A stretch of 64,000 nt of DNA from Myxococcota bacterium (GCA_041611735.1 JBFIML010000022.1:1-64000), one strand, 5' to 3'. Counted from the stretch's first letter, positions 7,400 to 17,769 are shown. Translations and numbers: made by a program. The notes: generated by a model not told the origin, from the letters alone.

Positions 7400-8967
7400 T
7401 GGAGCGCGTCGAGGAGCGGCAGCAGCGCTCCGGAGACGGCCGGATCCACCTCCTGCCCGACGTTGTTGATGAAGACCGTGTTGCAGTCCACCGGCTGGAT
7501 CGGGCAATCGCCCTCGGCGCCGAACAGCACGAAGAGGAAGCAGCTGTGGCAGCTGTCATCCCACTTGGGCTTCGGGAGCTGATAGCCGATCTCGTCGTTG
7601 CCGAGGCCCACGATGAAGGTGTGCTCGGCGCCCGTCATGGCGGCCCGATAGGTCTCCCCGATCTGCGGATCGAGCTCCCCGGGCACCACCGCGAAGCTCC
7701 CGGCACCCAGCCGGAATGCGCCCACCTCGGTCTGGACGTCCTCGCCGAAGGCCTGGGGGATGATGTTGAAGGGCGGGGGGAAGGGGAAGCCGCCCGAATC
7801 GTCGGGCACGCCGTTGGTGAAGAGCGTGCGCCGGGCGTTCAGCACGTCCTGGAAGGCGGCCAGGCGGAAGAAGGGGTTGTCCAGGCGCACCGCCACCGGG
7901 CTCGTGCGGGCGAAGGCGATGGCCGGCGCCGGATGGCCGGGCTTCTTCACGTCCAGGGTCGCGATCACCCGCTCCGCGAGCTGGGTCCCGTGCACCTCGG
8001 CGAAGCGGAAGCTGCGGCGCGGCGCCGGGCCCTGCGTAGTCGGGTCGAGCACGTCGATGTCCAGCGGGCCCTGGAGGACACCCAGGGCGCCGCTCACCCA
8101 GATGGCGAGCCCGCCGTACTGGGCCTCCAGGCGCTCGCGGACGAAGTGCGGAAAGTCCGAGGTGATGATGCGGTTGCCCGAGCCCAGGCTCTCGGGATGG
8201 CTGCCGAAGTTCACCAGCGTCGCCAGCACCGCGAAGGGCGGGCCCCGCCGGGTGAACTGCACCGTCGCCAGGCGCGGATCCACGATGCGGCCCTGGGTGG
8301 CCGGAGCCAACGATGCGTCGCTCACCAGCACCTTGCCGTCGGAGACGCCGAAGCCGTCGTCCTCCGGATCGGTACCCAGCGACAGACCCGTCGAATGGGC
8401 CGTCGCGTAGCGCACCCGCGCCTGCTGCAGGTTGGCCGCCGCCTCGTCCACGCACTCCGCTACCGCGGCGTTCACGAAGTCCAGGTAGCCGAAGTCGATC
8501 CCGCTGGAGAGGTTGTTGGCACCCCACAGCCCCAGGGTGTCGGGGCCCTCGTGCTGGTGCGTCGAGTGGACCACCAGGTAATCGATGCCCGAGGCCGGCG
8601 CGACCAGGCCTCGGATCGTCTCCACCTCGTTCACGAAGTAGCCGACCAGGTCGAGCGCCACGAGCGCCAGGCGTCCGCCGCGCCCGTCGATCACCACGCC
8701 GCGGGCCCACAGCCGGTCGTGGTAGCCCGTGGCGCGCCGGTTGGTCCCGAAGCCCGCCAGGAAGATCGGGTCGCTGTGGTTCACCAGCGCCGTCCCGCCG
8801 AAGCGCGCCTCGTAGGCGTTCTGGAGGGCCGGGCTCACGGGCGTGATGTCGCGCTTGCAGGTCCCGACCCGCAGGTCGCCATTGGCGCGGGCGGGCAGGG
8901 CGCCCACCAGGGAGCCCGAGATCAGGAAGACGGCCAGGCAGGAGACGAGGGCGCGCACGGGGGGCAT
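7396..8967 (-). CDS. Secreted neutral/alkaline ceramidase-like metallohydrolase
   Basis: Signal peptide; LAGFG, HDRLWAR, STHQHEGPD, SHPE and GLGNDEIGY motifs. Confidence 0.7.
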   Translation of the reverse strand: MPPVRALVSCLAVFLISGSLVGALPARANGDLRVGTCKRDITPVSPALQNAYEARFGGTALVNHSDPIFLAGFGTNRRATGYHDRLWARGVVIDGRGGRLALVALDLVGYFVNEVETIRGLVAPASGIDYLVVHSTHQHEGPDTLGLWGANNLSSGIDFGYLDFVNAAVAECVDEAAANLQQARVRYATAHSTGLSLGTDPEDDGFGVSDGKVLVSDASLAPATQGRIVDPRLATVQFTRRGPPFAVLATLVNFGSHPESLGSGNRIITSDFPHFVRERLEAQYGGLAIWVSGALGVLQGPLDIDVLDPTTQGPAPRRSFRFAEVHGTQLAERVIATLDVKKPGHPAPAIAFARTSPVAVRLDNPFFRLAAFQDVLNARRTLFTNGVPDDSGGFPFPPPFNIIPQAFGEDVQTEVGAFRLGAGSFAVVPGELDPQIGETYRAAMTGAEHTFIVGLGNDEIGYQLPKPKWDDSCHSCFLFVLFGAEGDCPIQPVDCNTVFINNVGQEVDPAVSGALLPLLDALH

Positions 8968-9054
8968 GAGGGAAACCTCCTACGGTCTCCATCCTACGAA
9001 GCCGGCTTTGGCACGGTCAAGCGGTGTTATCCTGCCCCCCGGAGGGCCCCACCC

Positions 9055-9978
9055 GTGGCCGGCGCCTTCCCCGTGGTCGACGTCTGGGCCCCCCTCGTCC
9101 CCTCCCGGGAGATCACCGCCCACGTCGTCGAGAACTTCCCGACGGCCATGCACGGCTACCTGCGGGTCTTCTACAAGCGGGAACCCACGGCGGAGACGGT
9201 CAAGATGTTCGCGGACCTCGCGCGGGACGACGCCGAGATCCTCGCGCTGCTCGACGAGGCCAACGTGGTGCGCGCGCTGGTGAGCGGCTTCGACGAGGCG
9301 GGGACCGCCGGCAGGACCTTCGTGTCCAACGAGGCGGTGGCGGCCATCGCCGAGCGGCATCCGGACCGCTTCCTGCCCTTTGCCGGCGCCGACGTGACGC
9401 GCGGGGCCGCGGCCCTACGCGAGCTCGAGTACTGGGTGCGCGAACGCGGCTTCCGGGGTCTCTCCCTGCGCCCCTTCATGATCGGCTTCCCGGCCAGCGA
9501 CCGGCGCTACTACCCCTTCTATGCCAAGTGCGTGGAGCTCGGCGTGCCGCTCTCCATCCACGCCTCCGCCAACTGGACCACCGAGCGCCCCAGCGACCTC
9601 GGCCACCCGCGCCACTTCGACACCGTGGCCTGTGACTTCCCGGAGCTCAAGCTGATCCTGAGCCACGGGGGCTATCCCTGGGTGCTCGAGGCGTGCCTGC
9701 TGGCCTGGAAGCACCCGAACGTCTATCTGGAGCTCGCCGCGCACCGGCCCCGCTACTTCCGGGCACCGGGCGCCGGCTGGGAACCCCTGCTGCGCTTCGG
9801 TCGGACCACGATCCGCCACAAGATCCTGTACGGAACCGGCTGGTTCCTGCTCGGGCGCCCTCCGGTGGTGCTGGTGGCCGAGATGCACGAGCTCGGCCTG
9901 GAGCCCGAGGTCCTGGAGCACTGGCTGTGGCGCAACGCCGCGGCGCTCTTCCAGCTGGACGACCTGGCCTCTTCCTGA
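9055..9978 (+). CDS. Amidohydrolase family (Amidohydro_2) protein
   Basis: GGAGG RBS then GTG. YPFYAKCVELGVPLSIH, FPELKLILSHGGYPW, NVYLE and ILYGT motifs. Confidence 0.85.
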   Translation: MAGAFPVVDVWAPLVPSREITAHVVENFPTAMHGYLRVFYKREPTAETVKMFADLARDDAEILALLDEANVVRALVSGFDEAGTAGRTFVSNEAVAAIAERHPDRFLPFAGADVTRGAAALRELEYWVRERGFRGLSLRPFMIGFPASDRRYYPFYAKCVELGVPLSIHASANWTTERPSDLGHPRHFDTVACDFPELKLILSHGGYPWVLEACLLAWKHPNVYLELAAHRPRYFRAPGAGWEPLLRFGRTTIRHKILYGTGWFLLGRPPVVLVAEMHELGLEPEVLEHWLWRNAAALFQLDDLASS

Positions 9979-10086
9979 TCCCCGCAGGGTGGTCCGCTCC
10001 CGCGCGACCCCGTGATCCGTTTCGCGCACCGGCGACCACTGTTCCTCCGACGCCACCGACAAGCCTGCGCGCCGGAGGTCGAGATC

Positions 10087-10494
10087 ATGTTCCGCAGGTT
10101 CAGGAGTCCGACCCGCCCCACGACCCGCCACGTGGCCCGCGCCATCGAGTACACGATCCGCGACAGCGCGTTCGGCCGCATGCTCGTGGCAGGCACCCTG
10201 CGCGGCGTCTGCCTGGTGCGCTTCGCCGAAGACGATCCGGAGCTCGAGCGTGCGATCCGCCGCGAGTTCGGCTTCGCGGAGCTGGCCCGCAACGACGTTC
10301 GGCTGCGAAGCTGGGCCGAGGCCATCGCACGGCTCGCATGCGGGGCGGTCGAGACCCTGGACGTTCCCCTGGACGTCCGCCCGAGCTGCCTGCGGCGCCG
10401 CATCTGGCAGGCCCTCCGGCCCGGTGGACGGCGCCGCGCCCTGGAGTCCGTGAGCCCCCTGCTCGTGGAGGACGACGGCCGGGCGGCCGCCTGA
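10087..10494 (+). CDS. Truncated Ada/Ogt-like protein (N-terminal RNase H-like domain only; possible pseudogene)
   Basis: IEYTIRDSAFGRMLVAGTLRGVC...VPLDV...IWQALR resembles Ada/Ogt, but the ORF ends before the HTH and PCHR active site. Confidence 0.6.
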   Translation: MFRRFRSPTRPTTRHVARAIEYTIRDSAFGRMLVAGTLRGVCLVRFAEDDPELERAIRREFGFAELARNDVRLRSWAEAIARLACGAVETLDVPLDVRPSCLRRRIWQALRPGGRRRALESVSPLLVEDDGRAAA

Positions 10495-10503
10495 GCGCGA
10501 TCC

Positions 10504-11142
10504 TCAGCGCCAGGCGAACACCGGCTGTTCGAAGTGCGCAACCCGCGTCGCGATGCCGCGCAGCGCAACCTCCCGCAGCTGATAGAGGATCGCTGCCGTG
10601 GGGGCGTGGATGCGCGTCCCCAGCAGCGGGATCGAGATCACCGGCCGCTCGCTCTCCGGGATGCGACGCAGGATGGGAACCTCCGGCCGCTCGAGCTCCA
10701 CCAGCGGGACCCGGTGCACCTCCGCCACCTCGCCGGGGTCGAGCTGGAAGCGGCGCGGCGCGCCGCCCCATACCACCACCGGCGAGATCACGAAGCCGGA
10801 CCGGGTCGGGTAGTCGTCCAGGAGGCCCAGCACCGAGGAGGCGGGCCGCCGCAGGCCCACCTCCTCGGCGAGTTCCCGGAGCGCCGCCTCCACGGCGGTC
10901 TCGCCGGGGTCGACGCTACCGCCCGGCAGCGCCCACTGGCCCCGGTGGCGGCGCAGGCGCGCTGCGCGCCGGGTGATCAGGAAGCAGGGACGCTTCGCCT
11001 CGTCGAGCAACAGCACCACGGCCACGGCGGCGGGGCGCCGTCCGCCCGGGTCCAGGGCCTGGCGTTCGAAGCCAGCGAGCCGCTCGCTCACGCACCGTCG
11101 CAATGCCCGGGGGGTCGTCCGGTCCGTCGTCGTCACCTGCAC
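10504..11142 (-). CDS. CoA pyrophosphatase (Nudix, NudL/PCD1-like)
   Basis: AAVAV, RRHRGQWALPGG and Nudix box GETAVEAALRELAEEVG. Start approximate. Confidence 0.88.
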   Translation of the reverse strand: MQVTTTDRTTPRALRRCVSERLAGFERQALDPGGRRPAAVAVVLLLDEAKRPCFLITRRAARLRRHRGQWALPGGSVDPGETAVEAALRELAEEVGLRRPASSVLGLLDDYPTRSGFVISPVVVWGGAPRRFQLDPGEVAEVHRVPLVELERPEVPILRRIPESERPVISIPLLGTRIHAPTAAILYQLREVALRGIATRVAHFEQPVFAWR

Positions 11143-11222
11143 ACGGATTAGCGATCCCGGCCGGCTCCCGCGAGCCGGGACGCCCGGACGTCCGCCGCCG
11201 GCCGATCGGGTAGCCTTCCGGC

Positions 11223-12443
11223 GTGCCCGTCGACGACGACGTCCGCGGTCCCCTCGCCACCGGCGAGCCCCACACCTTCTTCCGGCGCCTGCGCGAGCAC
11301 GATCCCGTGCACTGGAGCGCCCGCAGCCGGGCCTGGATCCTGACGAGCCACGCCGAGGTGCGGGCGGCCTTCCAGGACGCACGGCTCTCGTCGGATCGTC
11401 TCTCGCCCCTCGAGGCCCGCATGACGCCCGCCCAGCGCGCCAGCCTGGCCCAGGCCTTCGAGCTGCTGCGCGGCTGGATGGTGTTCCGAGACCCGCCGGC
11501 TCACGAGCGCCTGCGGGGTCCCGTCCACCGGGCCTTCACACCCCGCACCGTGGGTCGTCTCGAGGAGCGCATCGTCTCCGTGGTGGGAGAGTTGCTGGAG
11601 GGGCTGGCCGCCGCCGGTGGGGGAGAGCTGGTGGAGGCCTTCGCCTTTCCGTTGCCAGCCATCGTGATCGCCGAGCTGCTGGGCGTCCCGCCCGAGGATC
11701 GCGAGCACTTCAAGCGGTCCTCCACCAAGCTGGCCGGCCTCGTGTTCGGGGCGCTCGAGAGCGGCGAGCGCGATGCGGCCGCCAGCCAGGCGGCCACGGA
11801 GTTCCAAGAGTACTTCGGCGCACTGATCCGCCGCGCCGAGAAGCAGCCCGGCGACGACCTGATCAGCGCTTTGGTGGCGGCCCGGAACCGGGGCGATGCA
11901 CTCTCGCCCGACCAGCTGGTGGGCGCCTGCACCCTGTTGCTCTTCGGCGGCCACGAGACCACCACGAGTCTGATCGCGAACGGCACGGCGGTGCTGCTGG
12001 CCCACCCGGACCAACGGGCCCGCTGGCAGCAGGATCCGCAGCTCGGACCGCGCGCCGTGGAGGAGCTGCTGCGTTTCGAGGGACCTGCCACCTGCATGGT
12101 GCGCGTGGTGGCCGAGGCCCACGAGCGCGGCGGCCACCAGCTCGAGGCGGGCGACCGCGTCTACCTGTCCATGGCCGGGGCCAACCGCGACCCGGCGGTC
12201 TTCGCGGAGCCGGATCGCCTCCAGCTGGCCCGGGACCCGAACCCCCACCTGGCCTTCGGACACGGGCTCCACTTCTGCCTGGGCGCGGCGCTGGCGCGGC
12301 TCGAGGCGCGCCTCGCCCTCGGGACGCTGCTCGAGCGCTTCCCGAGCCTGCGCCTGGCTGGCGGCGCGACGCCCGAGGACCTGGCGTGGAGCACGACGCC
12401 CATCGGCCGGAGCGTCGTGCGCCTGCCCGTGGAAGTCGCCTAG
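11223..12443 (+). CDS. Cytochrome P450
   Basis: DPPAHERLR, GGHETT, EELLR, heme motif FGHGLHFCLG. Confidence 0.95.
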   Translation: MPVDDDVRGPLATGEPHTFFRRLREHDPVHWSARSRAWILTSHAEVRAAFQDARLSSDRLSPLEARMTPAQRASLAQAFELLRGWMVFRDPPAHERLRGPVHRAFTPRTVGRLEERIVSVVGELLEGLAAAGGGELVEAFAFPLPAIVIAELLGVPPEDREHFKRSSTKLAGLVFGALESGERDAAASQAATEFQEYFGALIRRAEKQPGDDLISALVAARNRGDALSPDQLVGACTLLLFGGHETTTSLIANGTAVLLAHPDQRARWQQDPQLGPRAVEELLRFEGPATCMVRVVAEAHERGGHQLEAGDRVYLSMAGANRDPAVFAEPDRLQLARDPNPHLAFGHGLHFCLGAALARLEARLALGTLLERFPSLRLAGGATPEDLAWSTTPIGRSVVRLPVEVA

Positions 12444-12456
12444 CCCCTGGCCCGTC

Positions 12457-13389
12457 ATGCCGAAGCTGAGCGTCCTGCTGCCGGTCCACGATGCCCGCCG
12501 CCACCTGGCGCAGGCCGTGGAGAGCGTGCTCGCCCAGAGCTTTCGGGACTTCGAGCTGCTGCTGCTCGATGATGGCTCCCGGGACGGCTCCCGCACGCTC
12601 CTCGAGCGCTATGCGACCGGCGATCCGCGCGCGCTCCTGCACCGGCTCCCCCACCGCGGGCTGGTCGCGACCCTGAACGAGGGGCTCGCCCGCGCCGCGG
12701 CGCCCCTGGTGGCCCGCATGGACGCCGACGACGTGGCCCTGCCGCGGCGCTTCGAGCTGCAGGTGGCCTTCCTGGACGCCCACCCCGAGGTGATCTGCGT
12801 CGGTGGCGGCTACGAGCGCATCGACGCCCGGGGACGCACCCTGCAGCGCTTCGACGCGCTGCCCGTCGAGGATGCGGAGATCCAGGAGCGCCTGCTCGCC
12901 GGCGACACGGTCCTCTGCCATCCGACCGTGGTGATGCGCCGCGAGGCGGTGCTCGCCGCCGGAGGCTACGACCCCGACGCGATCCTGGCCGAGGACCTGG
13001 ACCTCTACCTGCGCCTGGGCGAGCGCGGGTCCCTGGCCCTCGTGCCCGAGGTGGTGCTGCGCTATCGCGAGCACCCGGCGTCGCTCAGCATGCGCAGGCA
13101 CCCGGCGCAGCTCGCCGCCATGCGACGCGTCTGCACCAGAGCCTGGCAGCGGCGCGGCATCCAGGGCCGCTTCGAGAACACCGGCTGGCTCCCCACCAGC
13201 CGGCGGGAGGCCCACGACTTCATGATCCGCTACGGCTGGCTCGGCTTCGCGCGGGGCGACCGCCGCATGCTCTTCGACTACGCCCTGCAGGCGATCCGCT
13301 TTGCTCCGCTGCACTCCGGGGGCTGGCGGCTGCTGGCCAAGGCCTGCCGGCCCGGCGCTTGCCACGCCGGGCCTGGGTCAGGCGGCTAG
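12457..13389 (+). CDS. Glycosyltransferase family 2
   Basis: LSVLLPVHD, DDGSRD, RMDADD and EDLDL motifs. Confidence 0.92.
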   Translation: MPKLSVLLPVHDARRHLAQAVESVLAQSFRDFELLLLDDGSRDGSRTLLERYATGDPRALLHRLPHRGLVATLNEGLARAAAPLVARMDADDVALPRRFELQVAFLDAHPEVICVGGGYERIDARGRTLQRFDALPVEDAEIQERLLAGDTVLCHPTVVMRREAVLAAGGYDPDAILAEDLDLYLRLGERGSLALVPEVVLRYREHPASLSMRRHPAQLAAMRRVCTRAWQRRGIQGRFENTGWLPTSRREAHDFMIRYGWLGFARGDRRMLFDYALQAIRFAPLHSGGWRLLAKACRPGACHAGPGSGG

Positions 13390-15074
13390 CTCGCCCGCGC
13401 CTTCGGTTGGACGGGCCAGATGCTGCGCCCGGGCAGGTCCGCGGGCGGCTCGTGGCCCAGCAGCGCCAGCACCGTGGGCGTGAGATCGAGGGCGTCCCTC
13501 GTGCCGAGATCGCCCGCCACGATTCCCGGCCCGGCCACGAAGGCGAAGCCCCGATCCGTGTGGCCGCCGGTGCGGCGGTAGGGAAACGGGCCTACGACCC
13601 CGAACTCCGCGTGCTCGAAGGCGTCCACGCCCGGGCTCCAGGTCACCAGCAGATCGGCATCGGTCCCGGCCGGGTCCATGGGCTCCGCCGCGCGCAGGCG
13701 CTCGACCTTCGCGAGCACCGGCTTCCCGGTGCGCGCGTCCCGGCACTCGGCCAGCAGTCCCTCCACCCAGTCCAGCGTGGCTGCGTAGTCCGCGGGATCG
13801 ACGATCCCGTCGCGCTCGCGACCGCGCAGGTTCACCCGCACCCGGGCGTCGTAGAAGGCGGGCAGAGTGAAGGCGCGCATGCGCGGCCAGTGCGTCCGAT
13901 ACCAGCACGGCACCTGCCAGTCCAGGGAATCGCGCGGCTCGTCGATCTCCTCCGGGGCGCGGTCCGTCTCGGGCGGGATCGGCACGTCGAGGCGCTCGAT
14001 GGGCGGCGGGGCCGGGGCGCCGCGCAGCGCGCGCCATGCGGCCCGCCGCAGACGCGTCCAGCCCGGACGGTTCTGCGCCCGCTCCAGGCGGCGGCGCTCG
14101 GCTGCGCTAACCCCGAAGCGCTCCTGCATGTACTGCTGCCAGCGCTGCCAGGGCGCCGGCAGCACCGGGGGGCAACCCCGCCGCCGCCAGACCTCGGGGT
14201 CCGGGCCCTCCAGCAGGTGGGTGCCGAAGTGCGCGCGGTGCAGGAGCTCCGGGAGCAGGGCCATGGAGGGTACGTCGTAGTCATTGGCGCGCATGCCGTG
14301 CACCGAGCAGACCAGCACGACCGCATCCTCGGGCAGTCCGGCCAGGATGCGACCCAGGGTCTCGTCGAGGACCTGGTGGACCTCGCGCAGGCGTCGGCCC
14401 GCCAGGGGCGCCGCCGCCACGCCGGCCAGCGGGTGCTCCCGGTCGAGGCCGTGCCAGAACATCTCGCCCGCCGAGTGGGCCTCCGAGAGGACCGTCATCA
14501 GCAGGTCCCAGTCCGGGACCCGTTGCTCCAGCCAGCGCAGCACCTCGACGCGGCGTCGCGCGCCCACCACCAGGGCGTCGGCCAGGGTGTCCACCGAGGC
14601 GGGATGGTGCCAGGCGCAGGCGAAGTCGTTGTGGAAGGCCGGGTGCGGTCCGAAGCGGGCGTCGAGGTCTCGCACCAGGCCCCCGGGACGCGAGGCGCGC
14701 GGGTAGCCGGCGTCGTGACCGCCCCAGATCACCTGAGCCCCGGGCACGTCGTACCAGAGCGACTGGTACGGCACGTCCAAGGCCAGCACCCGCAAGTCTG
14801 GCACGCGGGCGTAGAAGGGCGGCTTGCGCCGTGCCCCGAGCTGGGCGCTCTCGTAGGTCTCGGGGTCGAAGAGCGCAGCGCTCGGGAAGTCCGCGACCCC
14901 GGTGAGAAAGGTCTCCCACACGCGTCCCGAGCGCCAGTTCGCTTCGCTGTACAGCCGGCAGCTGGCGCTGCGTTCGCGCAGGCGCGCCAGGTGGGGCATC
15001 GCCCCGGACGCCATCAGCTCCTCGACGAGCTCGGGCTCCGCCCCGTCCAGACCGATCACCGCCACGTGCGCCAA
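13386..15074 (-). CDS. Alkaline phosphatase superfamily phosphodiesterase/phosphomutase-like protein
   Basis: VIGLDGA, SVHGM, RVNLRGRE, TGGH and DLTPTVL motifs. TTG start approximate. Confidence 0.8.
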   Translation of the reverse strand: MAHVAVIGLDGAEPELVEELMASGAMPHLARLRERSASCRLYSEANWRSGRVWETFLTGVADFPSAALFDPETYESAQLGARRKPPFYARVPDLRVLALDVPYQSLWYDVPGAQVIWGGHDAGYPRASRPGGLVRDLDARFGPHPAFHNDFACAWHHPASVDTLADALVVGARRRVEVLRWLEQRVPDWDLLMTVLSEAHSAGEMFWHGLDREHPLAGVAAAPLAGRRLREVHQVLDETLGRILAGLPEDAVVLVCSVHGMRANDYDVPSMALLPELLHRAHFGTHLLEGPDPEVWRRRGCPPVLPAPWQRWQQYMQERFGVSAAERRRLERAQNRPGWTRLRRAAWRALRGAPAPPPIERLDVPIPPETDRAPEEIDEPRDSLDWQVPCWYRTHWPRMRAFTLPAFYDARVRVNLRGRERDGIVDPADYAATLDWVEGLLAECRDARTGKPVLAKVERLRAAEPMDPAGTDADLLVTWSPGVDAFEHAEFGVVGPFPYRRTGGHTDRGFAFVAGPGIVAGDLGTRDALDLTPTVLALLGHEPPADLPGRSIWPVQPKARAS

Positions 15075-15180
15075 GTTCGCTGCCTCAGGGCCCCATCCCA
15101 ACCCCGTCGCACACCATGCTAGGGTGTCCCGCGCCGCCGGGGCAAGCGCCCCGCGCGCTGCTGCGCAGCGAGGTCCGCCC

Positions 15181-16278
15181 GTGCCTCCCCGCACCTGCCT
15201 GGCCATGGTGCAGACCGCTCCGCGCACCCTCGAGCCGCGCGAACTTCCGCTGCCGGAGATCACGGCCGACGACGCGCTCCTGCGCGTCGAGGCCTGTGGC
15301 ATCTGCGGCAGCGACGTCGAGCAGTTCCAGGGCCTCCTGCCGGTGCCGCTTCCGCTCGTCCCGGGTCACGAGCCCCTCGGCGTGATCGAGCGCGTGGGCG
15401 AGCGCGCCGCGGCGCGCTGGGGCGTCGCGGAGGGCGACCGCGTGGCGGTCGAGACCATGCTCGCCTGCCACGCCTGCGACGCGTGCCTGGCCGGCCGCTA
15501 TCCCCTCTGCCGCCGGCGCCGCATCTACTCCTACCTGCCCCTGGCCGAGCCCCCGGGCCTGTGGGGCGCCTACGCCGAGTACCTCTACCTGGCGCCGAAC
15601 GCCATCGTGCACAAGGTGGATGCGACCCTCGCGCCCGAGATCGCGGTGCTCTTCAACCCGCTCGGTGCCGGCTTCCGCTGGGCCGTGGAGATCCCGGGCA
15701 CGCGTCCGGGAGACACGCTGGTGGTGCTCGGGCCCGGCCAGCGCGGCCTCGCCAGCGTGATCGCCGCCCGGGAGGCCGGCGCGGGCACGGTGATCGTGAC
15801 GGGCCTCGCCGCCGATGCCCCGAAGCTCGCCCTGGCCCGGGAGTTCGGGGCCGACCACACGATCGACGTGGAGCACGAGGACCCGAAGCGCCGCATCCTC
15901 GAGCTCACGGGAGGCCGTGGCGCCGACGTGGTGGTGGAGGTGACCGCCGTCTCGCCCGAGCCCGTGGCCCAGGCCCTGGACTACGTGCGGCCTGGTGGCA
16001 CCGTGGTCCTGGCCGGGGTCAAGGGCATGCGGCCGGTCCCGGACTTCGTGTCCGACAAGATCGTGCTCAAGGAGATCGCCGTGCGCGGCGCCATCGGAGT
16101 GACGGCCTCCGGCTACCAGGCCGCCATCCGCCTGCTCGAGTCGCGCCGCCTCCCCCTCGAGAAGCTGCACACCCACGACTTCCGCCTGCGCGATGCGGCC
16201 GAGGCGATCCGGACCCTGGCGGGCGAGGCGCCCGGGCCGCGCGCCGTGCACGCCTGCCTGCTCCCCGGCCTGGGCTAG
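15181..16278 (+). CDS. Zinc-binding dehydrogenase (MDR family)
   Basis: CGICGSD, GHE, structural Zn CxxCxxCx7C, GPGQRG. Confidence 0.92.
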   Translation: MPPRTCLAMVQTAPRTLEPRELPLPEITADDALLRVEACGICGSDVEQFQGLLPVPLPLVPGHEPLGVIERVGERAAARWGVAEGDRVAVETMLACHACDACLAGRYPLCRRRRIYSYLPLAEPPGLWGAYAEYLYLAPNAIVHKVDATLAPEIAVLFNPLGAGFRWAVEIPGTRPGDTLVVLGPGQRGLASVIAAREAGAGTVIVTGLAADAPKLALAREFGADHTIDVEHEDPKRRILELTGGRGADVVVEVTAVSPEPVAQALDYVRPGGTVVLAGVKGMRPVPDFVSDKIVLKEIAVRGAIGVTASGYQAAIRLLESRRLPLEKLHTHDFRLRDAAEAIRTLAGEAPGPRAVHACLLPGLG

Positions 16279-16301
16279 GCTGCGCGCCCGGAGGGAACCC
16301 G

Positions 16302-16793
16302 ATGTCCGCCCTGCAGCCCCGCTTCGAGCACTTCGACGCCGGCGTGGCCAAGGCCCTGGTGGAGGCCAGCCGCAGCGCCGGAGGTCTGCCTGGCTACCTG
16401 GGCATGCGCATCACCGACGTCGGCCCGGGGCGTCTGGTGGCCGAGCTCGACGTGCGCGACGAGTTTCACACGCCCTTCGAGACCCTGCACGGCGGCGTCA
16501 TGGCCGCCTTCGTGGACCACGTGCTCGGCTGCGTGCTGTATCCGCTCCTGCAGCGCGGCCAGTGGGCCGCCACCACGGAGTTCAAGCTCAACTATCTGGC
16601 GTCGGTGCGCGACGGGACGCTGGTGGCCGAGTCGCGCGTGGTCTCGCTCACGCGCCGCACCGCGGTGGTGGCCGTGGAGGTGCGCAACCGCGAGCGCCTG
16701 GCGTGCCTCGCCCAGGGCACGCTGCTCGTGGTGGACCCCGGCGAGAAGCGCGCCTCGGGTCCGGGTGGCGCTCGAGCCGCTAGCGGCGCTTGA
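16302..16793 (+). CDS. PaaI-family thioesterase
   Basis: GGAGG RBS. LHGGVMAAFVD and TTEFKLNYL hotdog-fold motifs. Confidence 0.9.
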   Translation: MSALQPRFEHFDAGVAKALVEASRSAGGLPGYLGMRITDVGPGRLVAELDVRDEFHTPFETLHGGVMAAFVDHVLGCVLYPLLQRGQWAATTEFKLNYLASVRDGTLVAESRVVSLTRRTAVVAVEVRNRERLACLAQGTLLVVDPGEKRASGPGGARAASGA

Positions 16794-17769
16794 GCCGGGC
16801 CGGGATCCCGGCCGCCCGCAGCCGGAACACCGAGAATCCCTCGGTCCCGTCCACGGCGATGCGGCCCAGTCTCGCGAAGTCCGAGCGCGCCGAGACGAGC
16901 TCCGGTACCACCACGCAGGCGTAGTCGTAGCCGGCCTCCCGGACCAGCCGGCTTGCCGAGCCGTCCGGGACGCCGCCTCCCGGGTAGAAGAAGCCGGCGC
17001 AGCCGCCGAAGGTGGAGGCGACCGCCGCCCGCGACGCCTCCATCTCCCAGCGCACCCAGCGCTCCGGGATCTCGCGCAGGGCGGGGTGGGTCATCGAGTG
17101 GGAGGCGATCTCCACGAGACCGGTGGCGGCCAGCTTGCGCAGCGGCTCGAAGCCCAGCACGGGGATCCGGATCGAGCCCGGCAGCATGCCGCGGGGGTTC
17201 GGCCCGATGCCGATGGCCACGAGGCCGCGACGCAGGCGCTCCACGTCCAGGGGCAGGAGCCGGTCGAAGCAGCTGGCGTAGTCGAGGTCGGGCAGGTCCA
17301 GGGCCTTCGCCAGGCTGCGCGCGGCGGTCGGGTCGTGGCGCACCCGGGGGTGCGCGATCCCGAACAGTCTCTCCCGCTCGGCGCGCGGATCCGCGAAGCC
17401 CGGCACCACGGCGAGGCAGACCGGCACCGAGAACTCCTCGAGAATCGGCCAGGCCAGCTCCAGGAAGTCCGGCCCCACGTCGTCCACGCTCACTGCCACC
17501 GCCCGCGGCGGGAGCTTGTGTCCGGCTCGCAAGGTCGCCAACGCCCCGGACAGGGGGACGGGCGTGAAGCGCCGCGCCAGGTGCCGGACCTGCTCGCGGA
17601 AGCGCTGCGCCGGGACCACCATGGGCTGCGCCTCGCCAGGCGAGGCGCAGAAGTGGTGGTACATGAGGACGAGGAGCGAATCACCCCGGGCGCGCGGAGC
17701 CAGGAGATCGGCGCGCGCCGCGCCCGCCAGGGTCAGAACGGCTCGCTTCACCGCGTCGCGCGACGACAA
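16780..17769 (-). CDS. Polysaccharide deacetylase (CE4-like)
   Basis: VLMYHH, VSVDD, IASHSMTHP and FFYPGG motifs. Confidence 0.85.
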   Translation of the reverse strand: MSSRDAVKRAVLTLAGAARADLLAPRARGDSLLVLMYHHFCASPGEAQPMVVPAQRFREQVRHLARRFTPVPLSGALATLRAGHKLPPRAVAVSVDDVGPDFLELAWPILEEFSVPVCLAVVPGFADPRAERERLFGIAHPRVRHDPTAARSLAKALDLPDLDYASCFDRLLPLDVERLRRGLVAIGIGPNPRGMLPGSIRIPVLGFEPLRKLAATGLVEIASHSMTHPALREIPERWVRWEMEASRAAVASTFGGCAGFFYPGGGVPDGSASRLVREAGYDYACVVVPELVSARSDFARLGRIAVDGTEGFSVFRLRAAGIPARLKRR

